In this document: positions 37,698 through 47,169 of the stretch, piece by piece
Layout of the letters: each line of letters starts with the position of its first letter
Numbering within the stretch: position 1 is the first letter of the stretch
Virus record (IMG/VR): IMGVR_UViG_3300027917_000050
Span: 1-59,724 of that record
Reading direction: 5' to 3' (one strand)
Source: a virus
Taxonomy: Duplodnaviria; Caudoviricetes
DNA length: 59,724 nucleotides
Program-made: the position numbers and the translations under genes
The notes under the pieces: model-generated
What the model was told of the DNA's origin: nothing
Seen by the model: the letters and a program-made list of their open reading frames with translations, nothing else
Database searches by the model: none

Positions 37698-38000
37698 TTA
37701 TAATATATCTTCCTCAGTTAAATCGTCGATATCGGGACATGGTTCATAGTCGTGATCTGATGCCCACTCCTCCTCAAGTCTCTGAAGTTGCTCGACCTGG
37801 GCCTGGGTCTTTTCGAGATGTCCTGCTTCATAGCAGTATGGGTCGCCATAAGAACCACATACCGTACATTCAGGACACAGACAATGACCATCTTTGTCAT
37901 CGGGTAGTTCTGGATCTCCTCCGCACACTCCGCACATTTCTTCTTCTTCTCCCGGTAGAGTTCCACACCCAGGTGGCAATGACCAACCAAATATTCCCAT
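37698..38000 (-). CDS. Cys-rich hypothetical protein
   Basis: Start MGIFGWSLPPGC with GGAGGA SD; CGVC, CLCPECTVC, YCY. Confidence 0.6.
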   Translation of the reverse strand: MGIFGWSLPPGCGTLPGEEEEMCGVCGGDPELPDDKDGHCLCPECTVCGSYGDPYCYEAGHLEKTQAQVEQLQRLEEEWASDHDYEPCPDIDDLTEEDIL

Positions 38001-38212
38001 TATTCCTCCAGTCCCAAAAGAGATCTTACCCAAACTGCCATCTCTCTGAGTTTCCGGTGTCGTCTGACCTTCTCCAGATGGTCGTAATCCCATCTGACAT
38101 AAACCTTATTGCCAAAAGAATCGCGAGTGGTATAGTCAGAGGACATCTTCATCTTCATAAAGTCAGAATACATAATAAGATTCTTTGTATCCTCGCAACC
38201 AATTTGCATCAA
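38000..38212 (-). CDS. Hypothetical protein
   Basis: Translationally coupled at both ends. Confidence 0.5.
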   Translation of the reverse strand: MMQIGCEDTKNLIMYSDFMKMKMSSDYTTRDSFGNKVYVRWDYDHLEKVRRHRKLREMAVWVRSLLGLEE

Positions 38213-38391
38213 TCGAATTCCCTTTCTATTAATATTTGACGGATCTTTCCGCTATAAAGCCCGATCTTGTGCCTATCGAAAAATGCCTGAGTCTCCGATA
38301 TCCCATAGGATGTCTCGGTAGTCTTCTGGTCGATAACTGCTCCGTCGTCAGCAACCGCTACCATTGAATATTTAACACATTCTGAATTCAT
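38209..38391 (-). CDS. Leaderless-looking small protein (60 aa)
   Basis: ATG 6 nt after TATAAT; no SD. Confidence 0.55.
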   Translation of the reverse strand: MNSECVKYSMVAVADDGAVIDQKTTETSYGISETQAFFDRHKIGLYSGKIRQILIEREFD

Positions 38392-38397
38392 AAAAAT

Positions 38398-38429
38398 ATT
38401 ATACCACAGATTAAAAAAAACGAGTGCAA
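38398..38429 (-). promoter_or_regulatory. TTGCAC-N20-TATAAT promoter, copy 2
   Basis: TTGCAC TCGTTTTTTTTAATCTGTGG TATAAT. Confidence 0.75.
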
Positions 38430-38448
38430 AAAAAATTAAAAAAAAGTG

Positions 38449-38477
38449 TTGACAAGCATTTTTTTATATGGTAGAAT
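38449..38477 (+). promoter_or_regulatory. Strong sigma70 promoter of the PAPS-reductase-like gene
   Basis: TTGACA-N17-TAGAAT with extended TG and an upstream A-tract. Confidence 0.8.
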
Positions 38478-38520
38478 GTGATTGTTTCACATAACAAACA
38501 ACACATTCTAAGGAAATTCG

Positions 38521-39282
38521 ATGTACAAAGTAAACAACAAAATCAACGATCTAATAAAACGTGGCGCGCTGTTCGTAATAAATCATTCCGGTGGAAAAGA
38601 TTCCCAAGCAATGATGATCAAGATTACCAAACTGGTGCCGAAAGAACAAATCCTGGTCATCCATGCTGACCTGCCCGGTGCAGATTGGCCGGGAACCTGG
38701 GACCATGTCCAGGCTACTTGCCGTGGATATGAAACTGTCCAGGTTGTCGCAGTTAAAACCCTATTTGAAATGGCGCGCAAGCGTGGAATGTGGCCCAGTC
38801 CTAAATATCGTCAATGTACCTCTGATCTCAAAAGAGGCCCAATTGAAAAAGCAATCAGGCACTATATAAAAAATAATGATCTATCCGGCCTGGTCGTAAA
38901 CTGCATGGGCATTCGATCTGAAGAATCATACAGTCGCGCAAATGCTGCTGAGTTCAAGTTCAATAAAAGAAACTCTAAGGCCGGACGCGAGTGGTATGAC
39001 TGGCTGCCAATAAAAGATTGGACAACCAATCGGGTCTTTGCCGAAATAAAATCCAATGGCCAGGAACCCCATTGGGCATATGCAGCCGGTATGGAAAGAT
39101 TATCCTGCTGCTTCTGCATTATGGCATCTGAGAAAGATCTAAAAACTGCAGCCCGTCTGGTGCCGAACATCTATCGCGAATTCGTTAAGGTCGAGAAGGA
39201 AATTAACTTCTCGTTTGTAATGCCGAAAAAAGGCGAGGCCCCCAGGTTTCTGGATGAAATTACCGGAGTTTCTATCGATTAA
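38521..39282 (+). CDS. PAPS/APS reductase family (adenine nucleotide alpha-hydrolase) protein
   Basis: SGGKDS PP-loop, RQCTSDLKRGP, GIRSEESYSR, LPIKDW, HWAY..GMERLSCCFC. Confidence 0.85.
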   Translation: MYKVNNKINDLIKRGALFVINHSGGKDSQAMMIKITKLVPKEQILVIHADLPGADWPGTWDHVQATCRGYETVQVVAVKTLFEMARKRGMWPSPKYRQCTSDLKRGPIEKAIRHYIKNNDLSGLVVNCMGIRSEESYSRANAAEFKFNKRNSKAGREWYDWLPIKDWTTNRVFAEIKSNGQEPHWAYAAGMERLSCCFCIMASEKDLKTAARLVPNIYREFVKVEKEINFSFVMPKKGEAPRFLDEITGVSID

Positions 39283-39479
39283 TTGTATTCACAAAAATTC
39301 CAGTTACCTTCGCAACTCTTGTAAACCGTAACTCTTATTGGGATCTCGCTTTCTATTCTTATAACTACATCACTTAAATCAAATATGTCTATGTCCTTCT
39401 TTTTTGGAATTGTCGAACACCCAAGGATAATTGCTAACAGACCCACCACGATGATAGAATGGATGCCTTTCAAAATCAT
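39279..39479 (-). CDS. Small lipoprotein
   Basis: Hydrophobic signal ending ILG-C; stop shares TTAA with the convergent gene. Confidence 0.5.
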   Translation of the reverse strand: MILKGIHSIIVVGLLAIILGCSTIPKKKDIDIFDLSDVVIRIESEIPIRVTVYKSCEGNWNFCEYN

Positions 39480-39633
39480 TTTGTTTCCCCTTTCTTGAAT
39501 ACAGAGTTAAAAATATTATTCCAAAAACAGTGAACATACCGGCACTCCAAATCATTGCCAAGGCAATAATCCAATCGGTTAGTACTTCGGAATATCGCAG
39601 CAGTGCTGCTAAGATTTCTGGCATGTCCACCAC
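39379..39633 (-). CDS. Small membrane protein
   Basis: One TM segment. Confidence 0.4.
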   Translation of the reverse strand: MVDMPEILAALLRYSEVLTDWIIALAMIWSAGMFTVFGIIFLTLYSRKGKQNDFERHPFYHRGGSVSNYPWVFDNSKKEGHRHI

Positions 39634-39882
39634 TTTAGACTTGTTTTAGGAGATCATTAAAGCTGTTCCACAACTGATTGGTGAGCGCATTGATAGCATT
39701 CTTAACTGCCCACTTATCGGTATACCTGGTATCTATCTCAAATGATTCACCGACCAGGTCGTCTCCCCTGTCGCTTACCAGCCTTATCTCCGTTGTTATT
39801 TCGACTCTCATCCTTCTTCTCCTCTCCCCAGATTCTTTCCCATCCGTCCAGGAATCTCTGGTTCGAACACCTCTCACCCTTC

Positions 39883-40143
39883 TTAAATAGTCTTTTCTTC
39901 AATCACCCTTCCTCCTTGAATCACCCTGAGACCCTTGGACTTAAACATCTGTCTTACCACGAACGAAACCCGTTCGACTTCAGGAAATTTTGAGTCGACG
40001 GGTTCATCGCAGTTCGGATCATGCTTACCGGATCTTAAATCTGATAGGCAGTATCCACATTGATACCACTTTTTTTCAACGTTAAACGAAATAGGTGGAA
40101 TCGTTTTATAGAAGTCAGTGCTCACAAACTCCCCCCAGTCCAT
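39883..40143 (-). CDS. Hypothetical protein with CxxC
   Basis: Co-oriented; CGYC..H...C. Confidence 0.45.
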   Translation of the reverse strand: MDWGEFVSTDFYKTIPPISFNVEKKWYQCGYCLSDLRSGKHDPNCDEPVDSKFPEVERVSFVVRQMFKSKGLRVIQGGRVIEEKTI

Positions 40144-40326
40144 GATTACTTTTTGCTTTTGTTTCCGAATTCTTTTTCCGGCTTATTGGTTTCCTCTGCG
40201 CTCGGAAGTTTCTTTCCTTTAGCTGAAGAACCGGGAAAATCCTGTTTCGGACCCATAGCATCTGCTTTTTTTGAAAACATTTTAATCCTCCTTTTGGAGG
40301 CAGGCGCGCCGGACGCTAACCCACCA

Positions 40327-40524
40327 TTAATATTTTCCACCACAGGGATTGCCCATATGAGGGCATTTATTCGAACCACCGACCTTGCATCCACACTCAG
40401 GGCAAAACTCGTTCGGCGTTGCATTCTTTGTCGTCGGAAATGTTTGCATAACGCCACCCTGAAAACCAACCGGGGCGGTCTTGGGGGCTTCAGGTATCTC
40501 TTTATAGCTTAATCCTTTGTCCAT
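40327..40524 (-). CDS. Small Zn-ribbon protein
   Basis: GGAGGT SD; FCPECG...KCPH. Confidence 0.5.
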   Translation of the reverse strand: MDKGLSYKEIPEAPKTAPVGFQGGVMQTFPTTKNATPNEFCPECGCKVGGSNKCPHMGNPCGGKY

Positions 40525-40844
40525 GTTTTACCTCCAAAAATAATTTCGGCATACGGACGACCCCCCTTTTTCGTCCTGGCAATTATATATTCCGATAAGT
40601 GAAACACGATCTTCTTTAAAAGTTCTTCGCGATCAAATCCGTCAAAATATCCCTGAGACCTGTCATGACATACCCGGCAGGCCGGAAGTGCAAGATGGTC
40701 TGAAGGTGTCCTGGATGTTCCCGGCAAACCATCTACCCCACGAACATGGTGGGGTTCTGATGGACCAGGCTTATTACAAAACGCGCATGGACATGACCTG
40801 ATAAACTCTAAATACTTAGGATCTTTCACCTTTGGAATAATCAT
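40509..40844 (-). CDS. HNH-like protein (DUF968/HNHc type)
   Basis: KYLEFIRSCPCAFC..SEPHHVR...SDHLALPACRVCH. Confidence 0.75.
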   Translation of the reverse strand: MIIPKVKDPKYLEFIRSCPCAFCNKPGPSEPHHVRGVDGLPGTSRTPSDHLALPACRVCHDRSQGYFDGFDREELLKKIVFHLSEYIIARTKKGGRPYAEIIFGGKTWTKD

Positions 40845-40859
40845 GTATTCACCAATATA

Positions 40860-41579
40860 TCATTTGTCAAGGATTTTACGGTAAAATTTCCTTATAACAT
40901 CGTTGACGTATGCATATGTGGCATCTACCTGGTCTTCTATCTGTTTTCTGCTTAGTAACGCACCGAAAAACAATATAATAATTATATCCTTTGTTTGCGC
41001 CATATCAACATTGCGAAATTTATGTTGAATTTTTTTCCACAATTCAATACGTTCCATTCTTTCTTTAATTTCTTTCTTTAGCTTTTTATGCCTATCATTA
41101 GCAGCCTGAGATGAAATCTTTAATGCCCTCGCAGTATTAGCAAGGGTTTTTCCCTGGTGATAATAGTGCTCTGCGAATTCCATTGCCTTCTCTGGAATAT
41201 TCAAACTCTCTACAAAATTCCATGCAAGTTTAGATAGTTCAATATCTGGTTTTACCATTGTCTTGTTTATCGGATTTACAAAAATCATATCAACAAATGA
41301 ATTTCCATTCATGAAGTCTTCCATATTCTGCAGAACCGTATATTTTAGATTAAGACCAACATGGTCCTGAGATATCCACTTTTCAATTTCGTCGCAAGGT
41401 TTCCGGCATATAGAATACTTCGGACATTCTGGACAAGGTTTCGGTTTCGGCCCTCTTACGAGGTCTTCTGACCTGAACTGTTTTCTTCGCATAGGTATTT
41501 TATTGCCTTCTTCGCATTTTTGCTTTGATGTATTCATGCATATACCCTTGAATATTAAAATAAAGTCCACAGAGAGCAT
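40860..41579 (-). CDS. Cys-cluster plus sigma70 region-4-like HTH regulator
   Basis: CPECPKYSICRKPC; YYHQGKTLANTARALKISSQAANDRHKKLKKEI; possible second HTH at the C-terminus. Confidence 0.6.
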   Translation of the reverse strand: MLSVDFILIFKGICMNTSKQKCEEGNKIPMRRKQFRSEDLVRGPKPKPCPECPKYSICRKPCDEIEKWISQDHVGLNLKYTVLQNMEDFMNGNSFVDMIFVNPINKTMVKPDIELSKLAWNFVESLNIPEKAMEFAEHYYHQGKTLANTARALKISSQAANDRHKKLKKEIKERMERIELWKKIQHKFRNVDMAQTKDIIIILFFGALLSRKQIEDQVDATYAYVNDVIRKFYRKILDK

Positions 41580-41934
41580 CCTCTATGCCATCCCTGGACT
41601 TATAACCCTCATGTTCTTTCCACAGATCTAAGAAATGTCTGAACATGGACTCAATGTAAACATCCAACGGCATCCCCTTCTTCCAGTTCGATGCTGAACG
41701 CACACTCCCATCGGACTGTATCCGGTGCTTGGTCATGTAATTACCAAACATCTCTATTACAAGTGGACTCAAAAAACCACTGTATTCGTTTTTATTTTCC
41801 GAGGTGTCCCTGGTTGCCCCGGTTGCGAATTCACGTTTTACACCATCATCGAATTCCGTATAAATTCTTTCGCCTTTATGGTATATCTCCACAGATTCAA
41901 AATCTCCAACAAATTGATCTTGCTGTAATTCCAT
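41500..41934 (-). CDS. dATP/dGTP diphosphohydrolase-like protein (DUF5664)
   Basis: REFATGATRD...NWKKGMP....ESMFRH...EDALCGLYFN. Confidence 0.8.
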   Translation of the reverse strand: MELQQDQFVGDFESVEIYHKGERIYTEFDDGVKREFATGATRDTSENKNEYSGFLSPLVIEMFGNYMTKHRIQSDGSVRSASNWKKGMPLDVYIESMFRHFLDLWKEHEGYKSRDGIEDALCGLYFNIQGYMHEYIKAKMRRRQ

Positions 41935-41935
41935 G

Positions 41936-42430
41936 TTATCTTACCTCCCTTAATTTATCGATAAAGGTTACGACAAGCGCATATGCCTGCCATATATCAT
42001 CGTGAAAACCTGCGAAGTAAGTCGATCCTTTGTCGACATATACTCCAGATTTGTTTTTCTCAAATGAATCTTTATCAAATCGTTCTATCAGATAATCTCT
42101 AATATTTGAATCGTTTGCTTTTTTTCCAACCGTGTGCATCCGCACTGCTTGCCGGGTGAGCATATCCACCATTGCCTGTGCCATTCGCGGCCACGCAGAC
42201 AGGAAGATGCCCACCCAGATAGCAGTAATACAGATAGACTGGCCGGACCACTTCCGGCACACCGGGAACTCAATAATGAGTCGAGAGATCTGATTGTCAA
42301 TGATGTTTCCATCAACAAGCAGGCCGCGCATATTGTCGTTTTCAACCTTGGCGCAATACATGGGTTCGTACTGTTCGGTCACTACATAAGCCGACTTCTC
42401 AGGTCCTGGATCTATTCCTACAAAAATCAT
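41936..42430 (-). CDS. RuvC-like Holliday junction resolvase
   Basis: FVGIDPG, LIIE, HDDIWQAYAL. Confidence 0.7.
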   Translation of the reverse strand: MIFVGIDPGPEKSAYVVTEQYEPMYCAKVENDNMRGLLVDGNIIDNQISRLIIEFPVCRKWSGQSICITAIWVGIFLSAWPRMAQAMVDMLTRQAVRMHTVGKKANDSNIRDYLIERFDKDSFEKNKSGVYVDKGSTYFAGFHDDIWQAYALVVTFIDKLREVR

Positions 42431-42633
42431 TCCACCTCCCCCCTCCTTAAGCATTGTGCGAGATCATTGTCGCGTTCACTGTGAACCCTGCGATGGATGC
42501 AGACGTTCTCTCCGCGAGATTCTTGACATGAATCGCACTTAGTAATTTCATCTTTCTTCCATCCAAGACACCTGGTTATTGGCCCGTCCAGTTTCCACAG
42601 ATTCGCCATTTGGGTCCTCTTGACCCCCCTGTG

Positions 42634-43047
42634 TTATTTCCTCTTTGCATGACATATAGGACATAACCATTTAATCTCAAGCGGTTTAAAATAATCCTCA
42701 TGGTGTGCATGAAGTTTTCTTTTCTCACCGCACCCTTGACAGTGAAACGGCGGAAAGACATTATCTGCCCTGACAGCATTGTTTAGATCGATGTGTGCTT
42801 TATATCCATCTGGATTTTCTTTGCGCCACTTCCTTGTGTTCCTGGTAAGATGCGCTATTCTCTCTGGGGTTTTTGCACGTTCCCGATCATATTCCCTAAT
42901 GGCATCAATGTTGTCTGCCCGGTGCTGTGCGACATCGGCCCTGGTGCATTCCTTGCACTTCCCCAGGTGACCATCTGCCGTACCTGGATGTTTATAGAAT
43001 CCATCCAGGTCTTTTGTCTCTCCGCATTTAAAACATTCTTTAATCAT
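42634..43047 (-). CDS. HNH endonuclease-like protein
   Basis: CFKCGETK..FY..CKEC N-terminus; CQGC..LHAHHEDY.KPLEIKWLCPICH. Confidence 0.8.
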   Translation of the reverse strand: MIKECFKCGETKDLDGFYKHPGTADGHLGKCKECTRADVAQHRADNIDAIREYDRERAKTPERIAHLTRNTRKWRKENPDGYKAHIDLNNAVRADNVFPPFHCQGCGEKRKLHAHHEDYFKPLEIKWLCPICHAKRK

Positions 43048-43059
43048 TTCAATACCTTA

Positions 43060-43461
43060 TCAAAAGGGGATATCATCGTCCTCGGTTACCCCTCCATAGG
43101 CCTCGGCCTGGTAATCGGCCTTGCTCTTGCCACCTCCGCCCCCAAGAAACTTAATTATATGGGCCTTGATTTCGGTGATATAATGCTTTTCACCGTCATC
43201 AGTTTCCCAGGAACGGTATTGGATAATTCCTTCGATATACACCTGCTTTCCTTTGTGAAGGAACTCCTGGGCAATCTCTGCGTTCCTGTTAAAGGCAACT
43301 ATTCGGTGCCAGGCTGTTAATGATTTCTTTTCCCCGGTCTGCTTATCTTTCCAGGTATCTGATGTTGCAACACTGAAATTTGCCACCGGGGTACCATTTG
43401 TTGTATAACGGATTTCTGGATCTGCTCCCAGATTTCCCACTAAAATTACCTTGTTAATCAT
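43060..43461 (-). CDS. ssb: Single-stranded DNA-binding protein
   Basis: [18 protein letters not shown]...WHRIV...KGKQVYIEG...DDDIPF. Confidence 0.95.
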   Translation of the reverse strand: MINKVILVGNLGADPEIRYTTNGTPVANFSVATSDTWKDKQTGEKKSLTAWHRIVAFNRNAEIAQEFLHKGKQVYIEGIIQYRSWETDDGEKHYITEIKAHIIKFLGGGGGKSKADYQAEAYGGVTEDDDIPF

Positions 43462-43969
43462 TTTTAAATTCCTCCTTCATTTTGTGTGTTTTCATTCTCT
43501 CGCATCCATGTTTATAAAGCAGACTGTAACTCTGGTGGGTTTTACCATGCTCCCTGGCCATTTGATAGGCGTTCTTGTCTTCAAGGACCATTTCCTTTAT
43601 AACTTCCGCCTGCATCGGTGTTGCCCTATGGAGTGCCTTGTAAAACAAATCCTTTGTTACAACACTTGCTTCATGACTATTATAAGAATAGCAGAAATCC
43701 TCGAAATTATCAATCTTTTTTTCGTGTTGATTTAAAGCGTCTCCGCTATTCATTCCGAAATAATTACGATAGACACGGTGCCTAATCTTCCATGCAGCCC
43801 AACCCTTAAAAGACGGGGATCTATTAGGATCATAATCGTGCGCTGCCTCGCAGAGTCCTTCTCTGCCGGATTGTATTGCATCGTCGTCGGGGAGTCGGCC
43901 ACATTTCCTGCAAAGTTTTGCGGTATAGCTGTCGCAAAATTTGATATCGTTTTCTGTAATCTCGTACAT
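43454..43969 (-). CDS. sigma70-family sigma-factor-like protein (regions 2 and 4)
   Basis: [35 protein letters not shown] (region 2); [33 protein letters not shown] (region 4). Confidence 0.75.
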   Translation of the reverse strand: MYEITENDIKFCDSYTAKLCRKCGRLPDDDAIQSGREGLCEAAHDYDPNRSPSFKGWAAWKIRHRVYRNYFGMNSGDALNQHEKKIDNFEDFCYSYNSHEASVVTKDLFYKALHRATPMQAEVIKEMVLEDKNAYQMAREHGKTHQSYSLLYKHGCERMKTHKMKEEFKND

Positions 43970-43987
43970 AAATCCCCCTTTTATGTA

Positions 43988-44944
43988 TTATCTTGCTGTT
44001 GGTAAATAAGAATTCCTTCTCTGGTCAATCGTTTTTTCGGTGTACCTATTACGCATTATCGTACCACAACTCATGCATCGATAGGATTCATAGGACCCTG
44101 CAGGGGTGACATATGGTTTCGATAGCGTCTTGATCTCCTTAGACAGACAGTTCGGGCAGTATGGTTTGTTGTTGTCGACATACATCGATAAGTTTACCGG
44201 ACCCTTTATCCAGGGACGTTCTGTGATATAGAGATCCTCCAGGCCAAATATATCATGTTTATTGTATTCCAGCATTTCGTCAAGACCAGACTGATCACCA
44301 GAAACACACCTCTCCCATAATTCAAAGTCTGTGTCAAGTTTCCTGGTAAGTCCGAACTCTCTACACAGATAATCTTGTTTGTATGAAGGGACACCCCAAA
44401 CCTTCTTGGCAACCTTCAGAGTATCTATGGACTGATAGGGACTTGGAGGACCAAAACCATTTACCGCAAACCGATAGTTAATCCGGCGAATATCAAATTT
44501 TTCCCCGTTATGAGCAACAACAACATCGGCCTCCTCAAACAGATCCCAAAGATCTTTCATTATGGATTTATCGTATCGATATTCGGCCTCCTTCAAAGTA
44601 ACCATTGCACTATGTACATCTGCTTCAAATAACCATTTTGCAGCCCATGTAAGTATCGACCAGTCTTTTGGTTTTCCGTCTTTATTCTTAACAACCTGGG
44701 ACATTGGATCTATAAAGTTCGGCCAATATGTCCATGCATAACATTCAATCGGTGCCGTTTCGATATCAAGGATTAATATCCTTGGAATTTTTGGCAACTG
44801 AAGACCTCGCAACTCCGCCACTCTTCTCTCCATTATCCTTTGAGCATTGTCCTTGTTAGATGTTCTCGTGGTTTCCCGGTATCTCTTTCCACCACACTTG
44901 CCTTCCCACCACCAGATGTTTCCTCTGCGATATAAACATGCCAT
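43988..44944 (-). CDS. DEDD exonuclease (RNase_H_2-like) with integrase-arm-like N-terminus and C-terminal Zn ribbon
   Basis: LDIET, AHNGEKFD, IDTLK, YNKHD; CPNC...CMSC; N-terminus LYRRGNIWW...GKRYRETTRTSNKDNA. Confidence 0.8.
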   Translation of the reverse strand: MACLYRRGNIWWWEGKCGGKRYRETTRTSNKDNAQRIMERRVAELRGLQLPKIPRILILDIETAPIECYAWTYWPNFIDPMSQVVKNKDGKPKDWSILTWAAKWLFEADVHSAMVTLKEAEYRYDKSIMKDLWDLFEEADVVVAHNGEKFDIRRINYRFAVNGFGPPSPYQSIDTLKVAKKVWGVPSYKQDYLCREFGLTRKLDTDFELWERCVSGDQSGLDEMLEYNKHDIFGLEDLYITERPWIKGPVNLSMYVDNNKPYCPNCLSKEIKTLSKPYVTPAGSYESYRCMSCGTIMRNRYTEKTIDQRRNSYLPTAR

Positions 44945-44946
44945 AG

Positions 44947-46278
44947 CTATTCCTCCCTGTCGTATGCATGGTTGTCGAATCTGACATATTGGCCCTGGAA
45001 TAAAAGTTTATCTACCCCAAGTGGTCCCTGCCTTTGCTTCGACACATACAGATTTGCCTGGTTGTCGAACTTCTGTGTTTCAAGATCCCCATAAACCTCT
45101 GGTCGATAAAGGAACCATACCCCATCGGCCACCTGTTCAATCTCACCTGAATCCCTTAAATCTGAAAGTCTCGGTTTCTTATGTGGATTTGGTCTATTTT
45201 CAAGACTACGATTTAATTGAGACAGACACAGAACCGGCAGCCCAAGATCTTTTCCCATTGCTTTAAGACCCTGGGCCATTTTTCCAACCTCCAGGTTTCG
45301 ATTTCCGTCCTTCCTGAAATCGGGTTTCATTAATTGTAAGTAATCAATGATTATTAATCGTATGCCATGAATTTTTTTTAATCTCCTGGCACGAGTTCTT
45401 ATCTGCGAAACAGTTAATGCACTTGAATCGTCGATGTATATAGGCTTTTCACCCAATGCCCCCAGGAATGCCGTTACCTTGCTCCATTCCTCGTCGGTAA
45501 ACTCTGCATTAGTGACCTTCGTCAAATCTATCCGGCATCTCATAGAAACTATCCGGTCAGTCAACTGTTCCTTGCTCTGCTCCAAGCTGAATATTGCCAC
45601 CGGAACCCGGCTATTCCAAGCAACATTCAATGCGAATGCCGTCTTACCCATCGATGGACGAGCAGCCAGGAACGTTATGTCTGGACCTCTGAGACCTGAT
45701 GTCATAGCGTCAAGTTTTATAAACCCGGTCTTCACTCCTTCAGGCAGTGCTCCAGTAGATATCAGGTCATACCTGGTAGATGCACTTAACGCGAGATCTG
45801 CTGCAGGTATAAGATACTGCTCTGGATCTCCATCAACCTCAAGTGAACCGAATGCCTCCCTCATAAACTCTATTGTTTCTTCTGGGTCCTTTGTTTCATC
45901 CATAAACCGCTTCATTCCTGCATTGCTAAGTTCGATTCCCCGACGCATTGCTGCTTTCTCTCTTAACTTTCTGATATGATAGCTTAAATCTGTTGATACC
46001 GGTTCATCTGTTAAAGCAGCAAGTTCTGAAACCGGAGCGCGATCTGTCATATTCTTTTCATGAATGTATTGTCCGACAGATGCCAGGTCTACAGGAGCAC
46101 CATTTCTGTGGAGGCTTTTTATTGCATCAAAGAAAATTTGATGTGATGTCCTATAAAAGAATGATTTGTCAAGGTTTTCAACGACTTCATCTACGCAGTC
46201 CGGCATTACCAGGCAACTGGCAAGAACCGATTTTTCGAAACCTATCGCTTGAGGGACTTGGCTTTTAATTCTGCCCAT
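44947..46278 (-). CDS. dnaB: Replicative DNA helicase
   Basis: AARPSMGKT, FSLE, IIIDYLQLM, LSQLNR, LSDLRDSGEIEQVAD, KQRQGP. Confidence 0.95.
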   Translation of the reverse strand: MGRIKSQVPQAIGFEKSVLASCLVMPDCVDEVVENLDKSFFYRTSHQIFFDAIKSLHRNGAPVDLASVGQYIHEKNMTDRAPVSELAALTDEPVSTDLSYHIRKLREKAAMRRGIELSNAGMKRFMDETKDPEETIEFMREAFGSLEVDGDPEQYLIPAADLALSASTRYDLISTGALPEGVKTGFIKLDAMTSGLRGPDITFLAARPSMGKTAFALNVAWNSRVPVAIFSLEQSKEQLTDRIVSMRCRIDLTKVTNAEFTDEEWSKVTAFLGALGEKPIYIDDSSALTVSQIRTRARRLKKIHGIRLIIIDYLQLMKPDFRKDGNRNLEVGKMAQGLKAMGKDLGLPVLCLSQLNRSLENRPNPHKKPRLSDLRDSGEIEQVADGVWFLYRPEVYGDLETQKFDNQANLYVSKQRQGPLGVDKLLFQGQYVRFDNHAYDREE

Positions 46279-47168
46279 TTTGTTTTCTTCTCCTCTGGTG
46301 TAAGTGCCTCCCAGTCAATCTCGTCTGCCTCTGCCGGAAAAACAAAGTCTGCCGGGTCATCGGATAAAGATGTCTCCACTTCTTCAGAGGTGTAGGTAAT
46401 TTTATCCGTCTTCTCTTTGTCTCTTTTGAATACTTGTGTATCGTACGGATCAAAATCATCTGGTTGGGTAGATTTCTTCTTCTTACTGTCAGGTTCAAAT
46501 AAACCCTGCCAACCATTCATTATCGACTTATCAACAATCTGACGCTGAACCGACTTAGGATATTTAATCAAAAATTTATATGCAATCTGGATTGCTCTTG
46601 GACCCATAGGTGCCTTCGGTTTTCTTTCGTCTTTTCTCCAGTCATAAAAATCTTTCAATGCCTCAGAGTTCAGTCTGTCATCTTTGATCTTTTCAACCGG
46701 ATGGACATCAACTTTTTTGGCCGCCCCATTCTTTTGTTTTTTATTCTTTTTCTCTTTCTTCTTCTTATCTTCTTCTTGGGACGTACTTTGTTTTAACATT
46801 TTCTTTGTGTAGTTATCTGCACGTTCTTGAAATGATTCATAATATAGTTTTAAAAAATATTTGTTGTTAAGTTCTGGATCTCTGTTTAGATCAAATCTAA
46901 TCGTACCTCTGGATGACAACCAAGAAAGCATCTGGAATAGTATCCCGTTGGGTATCTGGACCTCTCTTGGGTTTGAAAATTCCATCTCTTTTGCAAAATC
47001 AGACCATGGCATTTCTATAACGTCTGGTTCCTTGATACGATAAAATTCAGCAACAACCTCAAGCAGGTTATTAAAGAAAAGGCCAAATCTTGCCTTACCA
47101 AATTTTGCCTTTCCCTGCCGAATGGTTTTGTGTTTTCTTGCATCTGAATCTTTGTGAAACCATTTCAT
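46242..47168 (-). CDS. Replication initiator (lambda O-like)
   Basis: MKWFHKDSDAR N-terminus, Lys-rich linker, IVDKSIMNGWQGLFE C-domain; upstream of dnaB. Confidence 0.7.
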   Translation of the reverse strand: MKWFHKDSDARKHKTIRQGKAKFGKARFGLFFNNLLEVVAEFYRIKEPDVIEMPWSDFAKEMEFSNPREVQIPNGILFQMLSWLSSRGTIRFDLNRDPELNNKYFLKLYYESFQERADNYTKKMLKQSTSQEEDKKKKEKKNKKQKNGAAKKVDVHPVEKIKDDRLNSEALKDFYDWRKDERKPKAPMGPRAIQIAYKFLIKYPKSVQRQIVDKSIMNGWQGLFEPDSKKKKSTQPDDFDPYDTQVFKRDKEKTDKITYTSEEVETSLSDDPADFVFPAEADEIDWEALTPEEKKTKWAELKAKSLKR

Positions 47169-47169
47169 A

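Noticed and set aside
38521-39282. Dnd phosphorothioation system
   Set aside because: Only a lone PAPS-reductase-fold gene; no DndA/B/D/E or Ssp partners.
41500-41934. 2-aminoadenine (Z) or deazaguanine genome suggested by DUF5664
   Set aside because: No PurZ, DpoZ, QueC/D/E, FolE or DpdA-like ORF is recognisable in an apparently complete genome.
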